Source: Erysipelotrichaceae bacterium (GTDB lineage: Bacteria > Bacillota_I > Bacilli_A > RFN20 > CAG-826). Taken from it: 64,000 bases of DNA. Both the position numbers and the translations under genes were made by a program. Location of the stretch: contig CAVAGB010000009.1 of the NCBI GenBank assembly GCA_963588055.1, positions 1,803 through 65,802 of the forward strand, written 5' to 3'. The first letter of the stretch is position 1. Each line of letters starts with the position of its first letter. Shown piece by piece: positions 44,621-54,614 of the stretch. The notes beneath the pieces are model-generated. The model did no database searches and was not told where the DNA came from. It saw only the letters and a program-made list of their open reading frames with translations.

Positions 44621-46264
44621 ATGGAATCCAAATATTGGCGTAATCACGTCGTCTATCAAATCTATTGCCGCTCTTTCTGCGACAGCAACGGCGACGGCAT
44701 CGGGGACATCCCCGGCATCATTTCGAAACTCGATTACTTAGCTTCATTGGGAGTGGGCATTTTGTGGCTCAACCCGATTTATCCTTCGCCTCAATTCGAC
44801 ATGGGCTACGACGTGGCGGATTATTACGCCATCAATCCCGAGTATGGGACGATGGAGGATTTCGATCTCCTATTGGCTGAGGCGAAGAAGAGAGGGATGC
44901 GCATCGTGATGGACCTCGTGGTCAATCACACTTCCAATGAGCACGAATGGTTCAAGCAAAGCAGAGACCCCTCTTCCCCATATCACGACTTTTATATATG
45001 GCGTGATGGCAAGAAAAAAGACCGCAAAACCCCGCCGAATAACTGGACAAGCCAGTTTTCCGGGCCTGCTTGGACATACGATGAAAAGGCTGGCCAATGG
45101 TATCTTCACCTCTATGCGAAAGAGCAGCCTGACCTCAATTGGCACAACCCCAGAGTCCTTGAAGAAGTTGAAAAGATCCTCAAGTTCTGGCTCGACAAGG
45201 GGGTCTATGGCTTCCGCTGCGACGTGATCAACCAGATCTGGAAAGATTCTTTGAAGGACGGCAAAGGATTCGCTTTCAATGGCAGGGGGATGGAACACTA
45301 CCTCATGAAGGAAGGGAACCACAAAATCCTCAAAGCTTTCTATAACGATGTTTTCTCCCATTATGACGCCGTCGTGATTGGGGAGACGTTCAAGGTCGAT
45401 AAGGCGAACGGCGTGAAGTTCCTCACGAACCATGAACTTGATATGTTCTTCGAGTTCGATCGGACGAACGTTGATAGGCGCGCCGTGCCCGTCTTCACCA
45501 AGAAGTTCAAAGCGAAGAACCTCAGGAAAATCCTCTACTCTTGGCAAGAGAGCGTCGAATGGAACGCGAATTACTTCGAGAACCACGATCAGCTTCGATC
45601 CTTGCCTCGCTTCGGCGACCCCAAGAACCACTTCTATGAATCCGGTTCCGCGCTTGCCTGTTTGAATTTCTGCCTCCGCGGCACCCCGTTTGTCTATCAG
45701 GGGCAGGAAATTGGCATGCTCAATCTCCCTAAGCGCGATCCTTCTTTGAGCCAAGACGTGACCGTGAGGACGGTCGAAGGGGTCATGAGAAAACTTTGCA
45801 TCCCATCCTGGCTGAGGAAAAAGCTTCTATTCAACATCGACCGCGACAATGCGCGCTCGCCGATGCAGTGGGATTCCTCTGTATCTGCGGGCTTCTCCAG
45901 CAACGAGAAGACCTGGGTTCCCGTGAATCCGAACTACAAAGAGATCAACGTCGAGAAGGAGTCCAAAGACAAAGCCTCGCTTCTTTCTTACTACAAGAAA
46001 CTGATCGCCCTGCACAATCAAAGCGACATCCTTTGCTTCGGCAATTTCCATCCTTATCCGACTAAAGGGGATCTCTTCGTCTTCACGAGGACTTTGAAAG
46101 CCAGATCGATCCTTGTTTTGATCAATCTTGGCAAGAAAAAAGCCGCAGTTCCCGCTCCTTTCCGCCAAGTGAACGGCTCCGTTGCCCTTGGGAACTATCT
46201 TGATGCCAAAGCGTCGAACACTTCGCTCAGGCCCTATGAAGCCCTCATTATCGAACTCGATTGA
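44621..46264 (+). CDS. GH13 alpha-glucosidase / oligo-1,6-glucosidase
   Basis: Conserved regions VVNHTSNEH, GFRCDVINQI, VIGETF and YFENHDQLR. SD AAGGAGGG lies upstream. Confidence 0.85.
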   Translation: MESKYWRNHVVYQIYCRSFCDSNGDGIGDIPGIISKLDYLASLGVGILWLNPIYPSPQFDMGYDVADYYAINPEYGTMEDFDLLLAEAKKRGMRIVMDLVVNHTSNEHEWFKQSRDPSSPYHDFYIWRDGKKKDRKTPPNNWTSQFSGPAWTYDEKAGQWYLHLYAKEQPDLNWHNPRVLEEVEKILKFWLDKGVYGFRCDVINQIWKDSLKDGKGFAFNGRGMEHYLMKEGNHKILKAFYNDVFSHYDAVVIGETFKVDKANGVKFLTNHELDMFFEFDRTNVDRRAVPVFTKKFKAKNLRKILYSWQESVEWNANYFENHDQLRSLPRFGDPKNHFYESGSALACLNFCLRGTPFVYQGQEIGMLNLPKRDPSLSQDVTVRTVEGVMRKLCIPSWLRKKLLFNIDRDNARSPMQWDSSVSAGFSSNEKTWVPVNPNYKEINVEKESKDKASLLSYYKKLIALHNQSDILCFGNFHPYPTKGDLFVFTRTLKARSILVLINLGKKKAAVPAPFRQVNGSVALGNYLDAKASNTSLRPYEALIIELD

Positions 46265-46321
46265 TTAGGAAATAAACTCGCGCGCGTGTACAATGGAAGC
46301 CGCCTTTTAGGGGGTGCTTTT

Positions 46322-46810
46322 ATGGATAAAGAGAAACATCGCGAAGATTACCTGAACTGGGACGAATTTTTCATGGGCATCGCCATGATGGCGGCCAAAC
46401 GTTCCAAAGACCCATCCTCGCAAGTTGGCGCTTGCTTGGTGGACGACAACCATAAAGTCATCTCCATTGGCTATAACGGTATGCCCGTCGGCGTCGACGA
46501 CGAGACGATTCCTTGGGGGCATGGAGAAGGGCTCGATTCGAAATATCTTTATGTTTGCCACGCTGAATTCAATGCGGTTTTGAACGCGAAGGACGGCTCG
46601 GCTTTGAGAGGCTGCACTCTCTACGTGACCTTGTTCCCTTGCAACGAATGCGCGAAAGCCTTGATTCAGGTCGGTGTGAAGAAAGTCATCTACGCGGATG
46701 ATAAATATCACGATCATCTTGAGGAAATCGCATCAAGACGCCTCCTCGATATGGCTGGCATCCCGTATGAGAGATATACGGGTAGGAAAGTTGAGATCGA
46801 TGTTAAATAA
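46322..46810 (+). CDS. comEB: dCMP deaminase (ComEB type)
   Basis: Zinc motifs VCHAEFNAV and FPCNECAKAL. Confidence 0.85.
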   Translation: MDKEKHREDYLNWDEFFMGIAMMAAKRSKDPSSQVGACLVDDNHKVISIGYNGMPVGVDDETIPWGHGEGLDSKYLYVCHAEFNAVLNAKDGSALRGCTLYVTLFPCNECAKALIQVGVKKVIYADDKYHDHLEEIASRRLLDMAGIPYERYTGRKVEIDVK

Positions 46811-47030
46811 GCACAAAGCCGTTTACCGCATCGTTGTGATCCTGCTTGCTTTTGCACTTATCGGTGCGGCGGTTTTCGTGCCGATCAGCTACAGCAAACC
46901 CATAAATTACGTTCTGCTTTGGGTCGCCCTCGGCGTTTACTGCGCCGCTTTGATCGCGACCATCGTCGTGACGGAAGTCATCTATGCCAAACGGAGAAAG
47001 AAAAAGGATGGAACCGATTCTCAGCGTTGA
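46800..47030 (+). CDS. Candidate 76-aa two-TM membrane protein with a basic tail
   Basis: The ATG at 46800 overlaps the comEB stop. TM segments are VVILLAFALIGAAVFV and VLLWVALGVYCAALIATIVV. The listed ORF start at 46698 lies inside comEB. Confidence 0.45.
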   Translation: MLNKHKAVYRIVVILLAFALIGAAVFVPISYSKPINYVLLWVALGVYCAALIATIVVTEVIYAKRRKKKDGTDSQR

Positions 47031-47826
47031 GCACCTTTGTTTTTCATACGACAAAAAGAACAACGTTCTCGATGAGGTTTCTTTTTCTATAGGCAAAGGG
47101 GAATATGCTTGCCTAGTCGGCCATAACGGATCAGGAAAATCAACCCTGGCCAAAATCCTCATGGGCCTTTTGCCTAATTTCGAGGGGAGCGTGCATCTGT
47201 TCTCACTTGAATTGAATCGGGAGAACCTCTATCAAATCAGAGCGAGGGAAGGAATCGTTTTCCAGAATCCCGACAACCAATTCGTCGGTTCCACCGTCGA
47301 AGACGACATCGCTTTCGGGCTTGAAAATAAGAACGTGAATCCCGCGGAGATAAAAGTAGCGGTTGAAACATTCGCCAAGGAAGTTGGCATGCTCGATTTC
47401 CTTACCCACGAGCCAGAGAAACTCTCCGGCGGGCAGAAGCAAAGGGTCGCGATCGCCGGCGTTTTGGCGATGGGGCCCGATCTTGTCATTCTTGACGAAG
47501 CGACCGCGATGCTCGACCCAAAAGGAAAGAAAGAAGTCGGGAGCATCATCAAGAGACTGCGGGAGGAAAGGCCCGACCTCACGGTTCTTTCTATCACCCA
47601 TGACGTCGAAGAAGCTTATCTGAGCGACCATGTCCTCGTCCTTTCGGATGGAAAACTCGTCGCGGATGGCCTGCCCAAAGACGTCTTCTGCGATAAGGAA
47701 TTGCTGCTTCGCGCAAAGCTGAAACAGCCCTTCTTGCTTGAAGCCAAGGAGGCCTTTGCTAAAAATGGGATTTCCGTTCCCGACTCGGTCACGAGCGTCG
47801 ATGAACTGGGGGATTACCTATGGTGA
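47008..47826 (+). CDS. ecfA1: ECF transporter ATPase EcfA1
   Basis: Motifs GHNGSGKSTLAK, LSGGQKQRVAIAG and ILDEATAMLD. The start may be 46984. Confidence 0.85.
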   Translation: MEPILSVEHLCFSYDKKNNVLDEVSFSIGKGEYACLVGHNGSGKSTLAKILMGLLPNFEGSVHLFSLELNRENLYQIRAREGIVFQNPDNQFVGSTVEDDIAFGLENKNVNPAEIKVAVETFAKEVGMLDFLTHEPEKLSGGQKQRVAIAGVLAMGPDLVILDEATAMLDPKGKKEVGSIIKRLREERPDLTVLSITHDVEEAYLSDHVLVLSDGKLVADGLPKDVFCDKELLLRAKLKQPFLLEAKEAFAKNGISVPDSVTSVDELGDYLW

Positions 47827-48680
47827 CCTTCCAGAACGTTTTCTACATTTACAATAAGAAATCCCCCCTTGAGCAGGAAGCCCTCCACGACGTGAGCTTG
47901 CAAATCAAAGACGGGTCTTTCACTGCATTGGTCGGGCGAACCGGCTCGGGGAAATCGACCCTCGTTCAGCATATCAACGCCTTGTTTCAGCCAAGCAGCG
48001 GATCGGTCAACGTCAACGGCTACGAGAACAAAGCCAAGGTGAAGCACAAAGGTAAAGAAATCCTCGAGCTACGCAAAAACGTTGGGCTCGTTTTCCAATT
48101 CCCCGAGAACCAATTATTTGAGGAAACCGTGGAAAAAGACGTGGCTTTTGCGCCAAAAAACTTCGGAATTGCGGAGAAAACAGCTTTGGAGCAAGCGCAT
48201 GAAGCCTTGGAGATGGTGGGATTAGGAAGCGAGTTCTACACCCGTTCCCCATTCGATTTATCTGGCGGTGAAAAGCGGCGTGTCGCAATCGCCGGGGTTC
48301 TCGCCTTCAAGCCTTCGATTCTTGTCGTCGATGAACCTACGGCGGGACTTGATCCGCTTGGCAGCGCGGAGATGATGAACCTCTTCGAGAAGGTCCATGA
48401 GAGCGGGACCACGGTCATCTTGGTCACCCACGACATGAGCTTGGTGCTTTCCTATTGTGACAGCGTCATCGTGATGGAAGATGGGAGAGTCGCCGAAATC
48501 AGCACACCTCACGAACTTTTCTCCCAAGACTTAGACAAATATTCCTTGGAGGTACCGCCTTTCTATCGTTTGATCAGGCGCCTCAACGAAAAAGGCGCGG
48601 GAATTGACCCAAACGCTGTTCACACCTTGGATGAGCTTGCCGCCACTCTAGCCAAGAAGAAAGGGCTTCAAGGAAAATGA
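47820..48680 (+). CDS. ecfA2: ECF transporter ATPase EcfA2
   Basis: Motifs GRTGSGKSTLVQ, LSGGEKRRVAIAG and VVDEPTAGLD. Confidence 0.85.
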   Translation: MVTFQNVFYIYNKKSPLEQEALHDVSLQIKDGSFTALVGRTGSGKSTLVQHINALFQPSSGSVNVNGYENKAKVKHKGKEILELRKNVGLVFQFPENQLFEETVEKDVAFAPKNFGIAEKTALEQAHEALEMVGLGSEFYTRSPFDLSGGEKRRVAIAGVLAFKPSILVVDEPTAGLDPLGSAEMMNLFEKVHESGTTVILVTHDMSLVLSYCDSVIVMEDGRVAEISTPHELFSQDLDKYSLEVPPFYRLIRRLNEKGAGIDPNAVHTLDELAATLAKKKGLQGK

Positions 48681-49540
48681 AGAGCCTCACATTAGGCAAG
48701 TACGTCCCTTATGATTCCTGGCTTCACCGTCTGGATCCGAGACTGAAGATTCTACTGACCATTCTTTTCATGGTCTTGGTCTTTTTGCCTTTGCCGACAT
48801 GGTCAATGACTTTCTTGATGGGCGGGGTTCTTTTCTTAATTAATCTTTTTCTGCTTTTCGCCGCTCACACGAGCCTCGCCTCGATGTTCTCCTCCCTTAA
48901 GTCCATGTGGTTCATGGTGGTCTTCTTGCTCATCGTCTATGTTCTTGTCCCCCAGAACATCACCCCGACTTTGGGCATCGCCTGGAACGTGAATGGATGG
49001 GTGGTTTACTGGGATTCCTTCGCTCAGGCTGGGAAAATCATCCTCAGGCTCCTTCTTATGCTGGAACTTACAATGGTGCTCACGACTTCCACGAAACCCT
49101 TGGATCTCACCTTCGCCCTCGAATGGTACATGACCCCTTTGAAGATCATCCATTTCCCAGCGGCTGAAATCGCGATGATCATCTCGATCGCTTTGCGTTT
49201 CATCCCGACGCTTCTTGAGGATACGACCCGCGTCATGCGCGCTCAGGAAAGCCGCGGAGTTGATTTCTCCCATGGACGTCTATGGAAAAGGGTGAGGAGC
49301 CTCACCTCTCTCATCGTCCCCTTGTTCGCTTCCTCTTTCATGCGCAGCGAAGAGCTTGCTTACGCGATGGAGGCGAGGGGATATGACCCTCGCGCCAAAC
49401 GCTCAAGATACCGCAAAACCAAGTGGCGGTGGAGCGATACGATTTGCCTAATTTTGGGGCTTCTTTTCGCCGCTGGATTCATCTATGTCGTCGCTGCCAA
49501 AATAGACTTCTTCGCCTTGCTGGGGGCCAAAGCGCTATGA
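48677..49540 (+). CDS. ecfT: ECF transporter transmembrane component EcfT
   Basis: Multi-TM protein with block AMEARGYDP, following ecfA1 and ecfA2. Confidence 0.85.
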   Translation: MKSLTLGKYVPYDSWLHRLDPRLKILLTILFMVLVFLPLPTWSMTFLMGGVLFLINLFLLFAAHTSLASMFSSLKSMWFMVVFLLIVYVLVPQNITPTLGIAWNVNGWVVYWDSFAQAGKIILRLLLMLELTMVLTTSTKPLDLTFALEWYMTPLKIIHFPAAEIAMIISIALRFIPTLLEDTTRVMRAQESRGVDFSHGRLWKRVRSLTSLIVPLFASSFMRSEELAYAMEARGYDPRAKRSRYRKTKWRWSDTICLILGLLFAAGFIYVVAAKIDFFALLGAKAL

Positions 49541-50286
49541 GATATTTAGGCTATCTTCAGTACCGCGGGACTTCCTTCTATGGCTTTGAACGTCAGAAGG
49601 AAAAACGCTCCATACAAGGGACTTTGGAAGAGGTTTTAAGCCAGATTTGCGGGGAAATCATCAAAATCCATGGCGCGGGAAGGACGGACGCTGGAGTCCA
49701 TGCTTTGTCTCAGTCATTCAGCTTCGACACCGTTTCGACTCTCCCCGCCGATAAGATAATCTATGCCGCCAATCGCCTCTTGCCCGAAGACATTTTGCTT
49801 CTTTCGCTGCGAGGCGTAGGCAAGCATTTCGACGCCCGCCATTCCCTCTCGGGCAAGACTTATGAATATCGTTTCTCCTATGGTCAAAAAGACCCTTTCC
49901 AGGTTGGGCTGCTAACCCAACTTCAAAGAGCTGATTTCGACGTCGACGCATTCAAGAAGTGCCTTTCTTGTTTCGAGGGCAAACACGATTTCTCAAATCT
50001 GACGACGAAGAAAGAAGACAAAGACTATTTCATTCGCACGATTGACTCTGTTTCTGTTAGCGTCGACGAGACGAGGAAAATCGGAAAGGTGGTCTTCGTG
50101 GGCGTCCATTTCATGACTTATCAAGTGCGTTTGATGATGGGGCTCGCCTTCCAATGCGCCTATCACAAGAAAGACCCTTCAGACGTTCCTTCCTTGATGG
50201 AGAAAAAGCCGAGGAAGATATTGTCTTACAAAGCACCCGCGGATGGGCTTTATCTTACGGAGGTAAGGTATGAAAACTTTGATTGA
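49537..50286 (+). CDS. truA: tRNA pseudouridine(38-40) synthase TruA
   Basis: The ATG at 49537 overlaps the ecfT stop. Catalytic block GAGRTDAGVHA is present. The listed start at 49423 lies inside ecfT. Confidence 0.85.
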   Translation: MRYLGYLQYRGTSFYGFERQKEKRSIQGTLEEVLSQICGEIIKIHGAGRTDAGVHALSQSFSFDTVSTLPADKIIYAANRLLPEDILLLSLRGVGKHFDARHSLSGKTYEYRFSYGQKDPFQVGLLTQLQRADFDVDAFKKCLSCFEGKHDFSNLTTKKEDKDYFIRTIDSVSVSVDETRKIGKVVFVGVHFMTYQVRLMMGLAFQCAYHKKDPSDVPSLMEKKPRKILSYKAPADGLYLTEVRYENFD

Positions 50287-51082
50287 CGCGAATTACCATT
50301 CCCATACCTTCCGCTGCGGCCACGCTTACGGAAGCGATGAAAACTATGTCTTGGAAGCGATGAGGCATGGCTTCAAGGCCATTGGCTTCTCCGACCACGT
50401 AATTCTCCCTGGCGCCACTCAACCCGGCATGAGAGGTGATCCATCCTTGCTTGAGGAGTACATCTCCTCCGTTTGCAGCTTAAAGAAAAAATACGCAGGA
50501 CAAATAGAGGTCTATTTGGCTTTCGAATGCGAGTGGTACCACGAGGAGTATGCCTCTTATTACCGTGACTTGCTTTTAAAACGCGGCTTTGATTATCTGA
50601 TCCTTGGTCAGCATTGCTTCCGCACGGGCGACCGCTTTGTCTATTACAGCCAAGTGGCGGACGACAAACAGGCGATCGACCTTTACGTTCGTGACGTCCT
50701 TTCCGCGATCGACAGCGGTCTTTTTGCCTATATCGCGCATCCCGATCATTTCTTGATTTGGTATGGGAAGTGGGACGAAACGGCTGAAAAGGCATCCTGG
50801 AAGATTTGCAGAGCCGCTAAGGAGAAGGGACTTCCTTTGGAGCTCAATATGGGCCCATCACGTTGGAAGGCAAAGACCTCGCTCGATGACCTTTCCATCG
50901 TTTGCTATCCCTATCCGAAGTTTTTCGAAATCGCCAAACAGGTTGGGAACGACATCGTCATTGGAGTCGATGCCCATGACCCTTCCGACTATGTGAAATC
51001 CGATTTCGAATGGATCATCGATTTCGCCCAAAGGCTCGGCCTTAAACCCCTTAAAAGAATCAAATTCCCGTCCATCAAATAA
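50270..51082 (+). CDS. PHP-family phosphoesterase (histidinol-phosphatase HisJ-like)
   Basis: Metal-binding blocks NYHSHTFRCGHA and FSDHV. Confidence 0.65.
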   Translation: MKTLIDANYHSHTFRCGHAYGSDENYVLEAMRHGFKAIGFSDHVILPGATQPGMRGDPSLLEEYISSVCSLKKKYAGQIEVYLAFECEWYHEEYASYYRDLLLKRGFDYLILGQHCFRTGDRFVYYSQVADDKQAIDLYVRDVLSAIDSGLFAYIAHPDHFLIWYGKWDETAEKASWKICRAAKEKGLPLELNMGPSRWKAKTSLDDLSIVCYPYPKFFEIAKQVGNDIVIGVDAHDPSDYVKSDFEWIIDFAQRLGLKPLKRIKFPSIK

Positions 51083-51147
51083 TATTTGGTGTTTTTCGAC
51101 GTTTAGGCGAGTGGTATATTTAACGCGCTCAACACAGGAGTCATTTT

Positions 51148-51855
51148 ATGGGAAGACACTTTGAAGTACGCGCAGCTGCCATGGCTGCCACCGCCAAGGC
51201 GAAGTCCGCCGCTTACATGCGGGCTAGCAAAGAGATTTATGCCGCCGCCAAATCTGGCGACCCCAACCCCGAATCCAACCTTGCTTTGCGTTCCGCGATC
51301 GCCAAATATCGCCGCGACGTTCCTAAAGACGTCATCGAGCGCGCAATCGAGCGCGCCAAAGGCAGTGATGCCACCGCCTATATCCAAGGCCGTTACGAGT
51401 TCATGGGACCGGGCGGCAGCAACATCATCGTCGATACGCTCACCGACAACGTTAACCGCGCCCTCGTCACCGTGCGCACCATCGTCACTCGCAAGGGCGG
51501 CAAGATGGCTTCCGTTGCTTATAACTTCGAACTCCTCGGCGTCCTCAACTTCAAAGGGAAGACCGAAGAGGAAGTCGAAGAGAACCTCATCCTCAGCGAC
51601 GTCGACGTCCGCAGCGTCAGCGTCGACGAAGACGGGGAAGTCGAAGCCCTCGTCGCTCCTAACGATCTGGAGAAAGCCCAGAACGCCCTCAAGGAGATCG
51701 GCGTCACCGATTATGATCGCGCCGAGACCACGATGTATCCGAACGAATGGGTCACCGTCGGGAACGACGAACTCGCCAAGCTCAAGGTTATGATGGATGA
51801 GCTCAACGAAGCCGAAGACGTCCAGAACGTCTATACCAACGTTGAGAATCTCTAA
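51148..51855 (+). CDS. YebC/PmpR family regulator (YeeN-like subtype)
   Basis: 235 aa with N-terminus MGRHFEVRAAAMA and C-terminus VQNVYTNVENL. SD AGGAG lies upstream. Confidence 0.85.
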   Translation: MGRHFEVRAAAMAATAKAKSAAYMRASKEIYAAAKSGDPNPESNLALRSAIAKYRRDVPKDVIERAIERAKGSDATAYIQGRYEFMGPGGSNIIVDTLTDNVNRALVTVRTIVTRKGGKMASVAYNFELLGVLNFKGKTEEEVEENLILSDVDVRSVSVDEDGEVEALVAPNDLEKAQNALKEIGVTDYDRAETTMYPNEWVTVGNDELAKLKVMMDELNEAEDVQNVYTNVENL

Positions 51856-51870
51856 TCATCATCGACAATC

Positions 51871-51900
51871 AAAAACGCCGCAAAAGCGGCGTTTTCTTTT
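51871..51900. terminator. Bidirectional terminator between yebC and the DUF362 gene
   Basis: Stem CGCCGC / GCGGCG with an AAAA loop, flanked by an A run and a T run. Confidence 0.6.
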
Positions 51901-51916
51901 GCAAAACCCCGATATT

Positions 51917-52906
51917 TCAGTATTCGAATGGTTTGAGGTCGACAACGCAATCCTGAGGATAGATATGCTTCTCCTGGTTGTCTAAATCAATCAATACATA
52001 GCGGTCGTTGCCCATGCCCATCTTCTTCATATAGGTGAGCTGGCGGAAGCCGTGGCGGCTAGTCATACGCTCAACTAGCGCGTGATTCTCTTCGTTCTTC
52101 ATCGCGAAGACGATGTCGACGCAGGCTTGGTCAATCGCCAAGATGTCCAAGGACGCGAGAATGCCCACGTTGGGTGTGACGACCTTCTCCGCCTCAAGCC
52201 CAGCGCAATCGCAGTCGACCGACATATTGCGCATCACGTTGACGTAGGCGATGCTCTTTCCGAAATGCGCCAAGGTGGCGGCGCTGCTTTCGGTCATCCT
52301 CTCCATAAACTCTTCTTGGGCGATGCCCCATTGATTGGAGTCCCCTGGCCTCGTATGGATCATGGCCTTACCGATTTTGCCGTCTGCGCAGCCGATGCCG
52401 ATGTTCTTGTTGCTGCCCCCAAAGCCTCCCATCGTATGGCCTTTGAAGTGGGTGAGGACGAGCATCGAGTCGTAGTTCATGATGTGCGAACCCATCGACA
52501 TCGTGGAGAACCATTTTCCTTCGGGAACGGGAAGGTTGATCGTCCCTTCTTCGTCCATGATGTCCACCGGGCAGAAATCCCAGCCATTGACCTTCAAGGT
52601 CTCGCGGTGCTTCTCCGTGGTGTCACGGTCCCCTTCGTAATAGGTGTTCGTTTCCACGATGGTTGGGTTGCTTATCTCCGCCTTGAAGAATTCCTTCACC
52701 CATTCGTGGGGGATGATGTTCGGCCCGTTTTTCTCTCCGGTGTGGAGTTTGACGGCGATTTTGCCGTTTAGGGAGGCTTTGATCTTCTCGTAGACTTTTT
52801 TCAGCCCGTTCGTGGAGAGGTCGCGAGTGAAGTAGACGATGGATTCGTTTCCTTTCCTCTCATCATAAGGGACGTTGATGTCGCCAGGAGTCAGTATGTC
52901 GTTCAT
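51917..52906 (-). CDS. DUF362-like protein (uncharacterised putative Fe-S/metal protein)
   Basis: Blocks LTHFKGHTMGGFGGSNKNIGIGC, SVDCDC and ILASLDILAIDQACVD resemble the DUF362 family as I remember it. Confidence 0.55.
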   Translation of the reverse strand: MNDILTPGDINVPYDERKGNESIVYFTRDLSTNGLKKVYEKIKASLNGKIAVKLHTGEKNGPNIIPHEWVKEFFKAEISNPTIVETNTYYEGDRDTTEKHRETLKVNGWDFCPVDIMDEEGTINLPVPEGKWFSTMSMGSHIMNYDSMLVLTHFKGHTMGGFGGSNKNIGIGCADGKIGKAMIHTRPGDSNQWGIAQEEFMERMTESSAATLAHFGKSIAYVNVMRNMSVDCDCAGLEAEKVVTPNVGILASLDILAIDQACVDIVFAMKNEENHALVERMTSRHGFRQLTYMKKMGMGNDRYVLIDLDNQEKHIYPQDCVVDLKPFEY

Positions 52907-52928
52907 GGATATTTACCTCGAGGGTATT

Positions 52929-53384
52929 CTAATTGTCTTTTCCTTTTGGATAAAGGCGCGTTCCAAAGGAAAGGACGGTTTTCAGCTCATTCTCCGTCGC
53001 CTTTCTGAAATCGAGGAGTTTGACCGCCTTCCCTAGGCGTATTTCTATCTCGTTCTCCAAGGCTACTTGGTCGAAGCTGGACAAGGAGAATTCTCCTAGC
53101 AAGGTAATGGTCTCGCCGTTCAATAGATACAGGAAGGAGATTCCGATCGATCGGAAATAAGGGATGACGATATGCTCGATCTCGCGGGAAGAGAGCCTTT
53201 TGCTGCTTGGGGAAAGCGCGGAGTATTCCTCAAGTCTGGCGATGCAATAAAGAAGGGTGCTCGATGTCTTTTTCTTGTTCTTCCCTTCTTCGAGATTCTG
53301 ATAGCCTTTCCGGGAGAGGCCGCATAGTTCCGCCGCCTGGATTTGAGTTAGTTTCCTGCTCTTTCTCAACTGCTTGAGATTCAT
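52929..53384 (-). CDS. XRE-family HTH protein fused to a C-terminal domain resembling a degenerate minimal nucleotidyltransferase
   Basis: HTH LTQIQAAELCGLSRKGYQNLEEG. The C-terminal segment is FLYLLNGETITLLGEFSLSSFDQVALENEIEIRLGKAVKLLDF. Start taken at the ATG at 53384 (MNLKQLRK). Confidence 0.65.
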   Translation of the reverse strand: MNLKQLRKSRKLTQIQAAELCGLSRKGYQNLEEGKNKKKTSSTLLYCIARLEEYSALSPSSKRLSSREIEHIVIPYFRSIGISFLYLLNGETITLLGEFSLSSFDQVALENEIEIRLGKAVKLLDFRKATENELKTVLSFGTRLYPKGKDN

Positions 53385-53526
53385 AGAACAAATTGTACGC
53401 ATTCAAAAAGGAAAAAATCCATAGAAAAGCGCATTTTATCAAATAAAAAAGCGTAGTTTTCTATCTGAAAAAACAAAAATAAAAATCGATGCTGCGCATT
53501 GTTTTCCGTTTTTTGCAATTTTCTTG

Positions 53527-53563
53527 TTGTTCTTAATTTATCCAACTAGGATAATACCCCCGG
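53527..53563 (+). promoter_or_regulatory. Candidate promoter of rplM-rpsI with a conserved ACCCCCGG element
   Basis: TTGTTC-17 nt-GATAAT, followed by ACCCCCGG and the hairpin CCCC...GGGG. A known L13-leader motif is possible but not verified. Confidence 0.4.
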
Positions 53564-53602
53564 CTCCGAAAGGGGCAAAAGTTACATTAGGAGAGAAAAG
53601 CA

Positions 53603-54055
53603 ATGCAACGTCAAACCACGTTGGCCACGACCGCTTCTGCCAATGCTGCCAAGAATTGGTACATCGTCGACGCCACGGACATCCCTCTTGGTCGCTTGGC
53701 TTCCAAGATCGCTGTCATCTTGATGGGCAAGAACAAGCCCACCTACACCCCCAACATCGATACCGGTGATTACGTCATCGTTATCAACGCCTCCAAGGTC
53801 AAAATGACCGGCAAAAACGGTGGCGAGCACAAGAAGAACTACTACAACGTCTCCGAGTACAACGGCGGCCTTCGCACCCGCAGCGCCGGCGTCATGCTCC
53901 GCGAATTCCCCGTCGAACTCATCGAACGCGCCGTCTGGGGCATGCTTCCGAAAGGACGCCTCGGCCGTCAGATCGCCAAGAAGCTCTTCGTTTACGAAGG
54001 CGCCGAACACAAACAGCAAGGTCAGCAACCCAAGGTGCTCGACCTTAGCAAGTAA
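53603..54055 (+). CDS. rplM: 50S ribosomal protein L13
   Basis: Block [17 protein letters not shown]. Confidence 0.95.
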   Translation: MQRQTTLATTASANAAKNWYIVDATDIPLGRLASKIAVILMGKNKPTYTPNIDTGDYVIVINASKVKMTGKNGGEHKKNYYNVSEYNGGLRTRSAGVMLREFPVELIERAVWGMLPKGRLGRQIAKKLFVYEGAEHKQQGQQPKVLDLSK

Positions 54056-54066
54056 GGAGAAAGAAC

Positions 54067-54459
54067 ATGGCTGAAAAAACCAAATACTACGGAACTGGCC
54101 GTCGTAAAAGCTCTGTCGCCCGCGTCTATCTGACCGCCGGCAAAGGCAACATCACCATCAATGGCAAGGACGTCAAGGATTATCTTCCTTTCCCGACTTT
54201 GATCCTCGACCTCAAGCAGCCCTTGGCTTTGCTTGGCGCCGAAGACAAGTACGACGTCATCGCCTTCGCCAAAGGCGGCGGATTCACCGGCCAAGCCGAG
54301 GCGATCCGCTTGGGCCTCGCCCGCGCGCTTCTTGAAGCCGGCGAAGACCGCAAGACCCTCAAGGTCGCTGGCATGCTCACCCGCAACGCCCGCTGCAAAG
54401 AGCGTAAGAAATACGGTCTCAAAGCCGCTCGCCGCGCTCCGCAGTTCTCCAAACGTTAA
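54067..54459 (+). CDS. rpsI: 30S ribosomal protein S9
   Basis: Blocks [14 protein letters not shown] and [17 protein letters not shown]. Confidence 0.95.
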   Translation: MAEKTKYYGTGRRKSSVARVYLTAGKGNITINGKDVKDYLPFPTLILDLKQPLALLGAEDKYDVIAFAKGGGFTGQAEAIRLGLARALLEAGEDRKTLKVAGMLTRNARCKERKKYGLKAARRAPQFSKR

Positions 54460-54477
54460 TCGTTTGTCAAGACGCCA

Positions 54478-54505
54478 AAGCCCGGGGAAACCTGGGCTTT
54501 TTTTG
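54478..54505 (+). terminator. Rho-independent terminator after rpsI
   Basis: Stem GCCCGGG / CCTGGGC with a GAAA loop, then TTTTTTT. Confidence 0.65.
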
Positions 54506-54564
54506 TTGGGAAAGCGCGCAAAACACCCGTCATCATCGTTGTTTTTCACTTTTATAAATTGTGC

Positions 54565-54593
54565 TTGCTTAGCCTCTTGAAGAGGTTTATATT
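54565..54593 (+). promoter_or_regulatory. Candidate promoter of tRNA-Ile
   Basis: TTGCTT-17 nt-TATATT. The spacer contains the palindrome CCTCTTGAAGAGG. Confidence 0.45.
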
Positions 54594-54614
54594 ATTCAAG
54601 CGCGAAAGCGTGAT

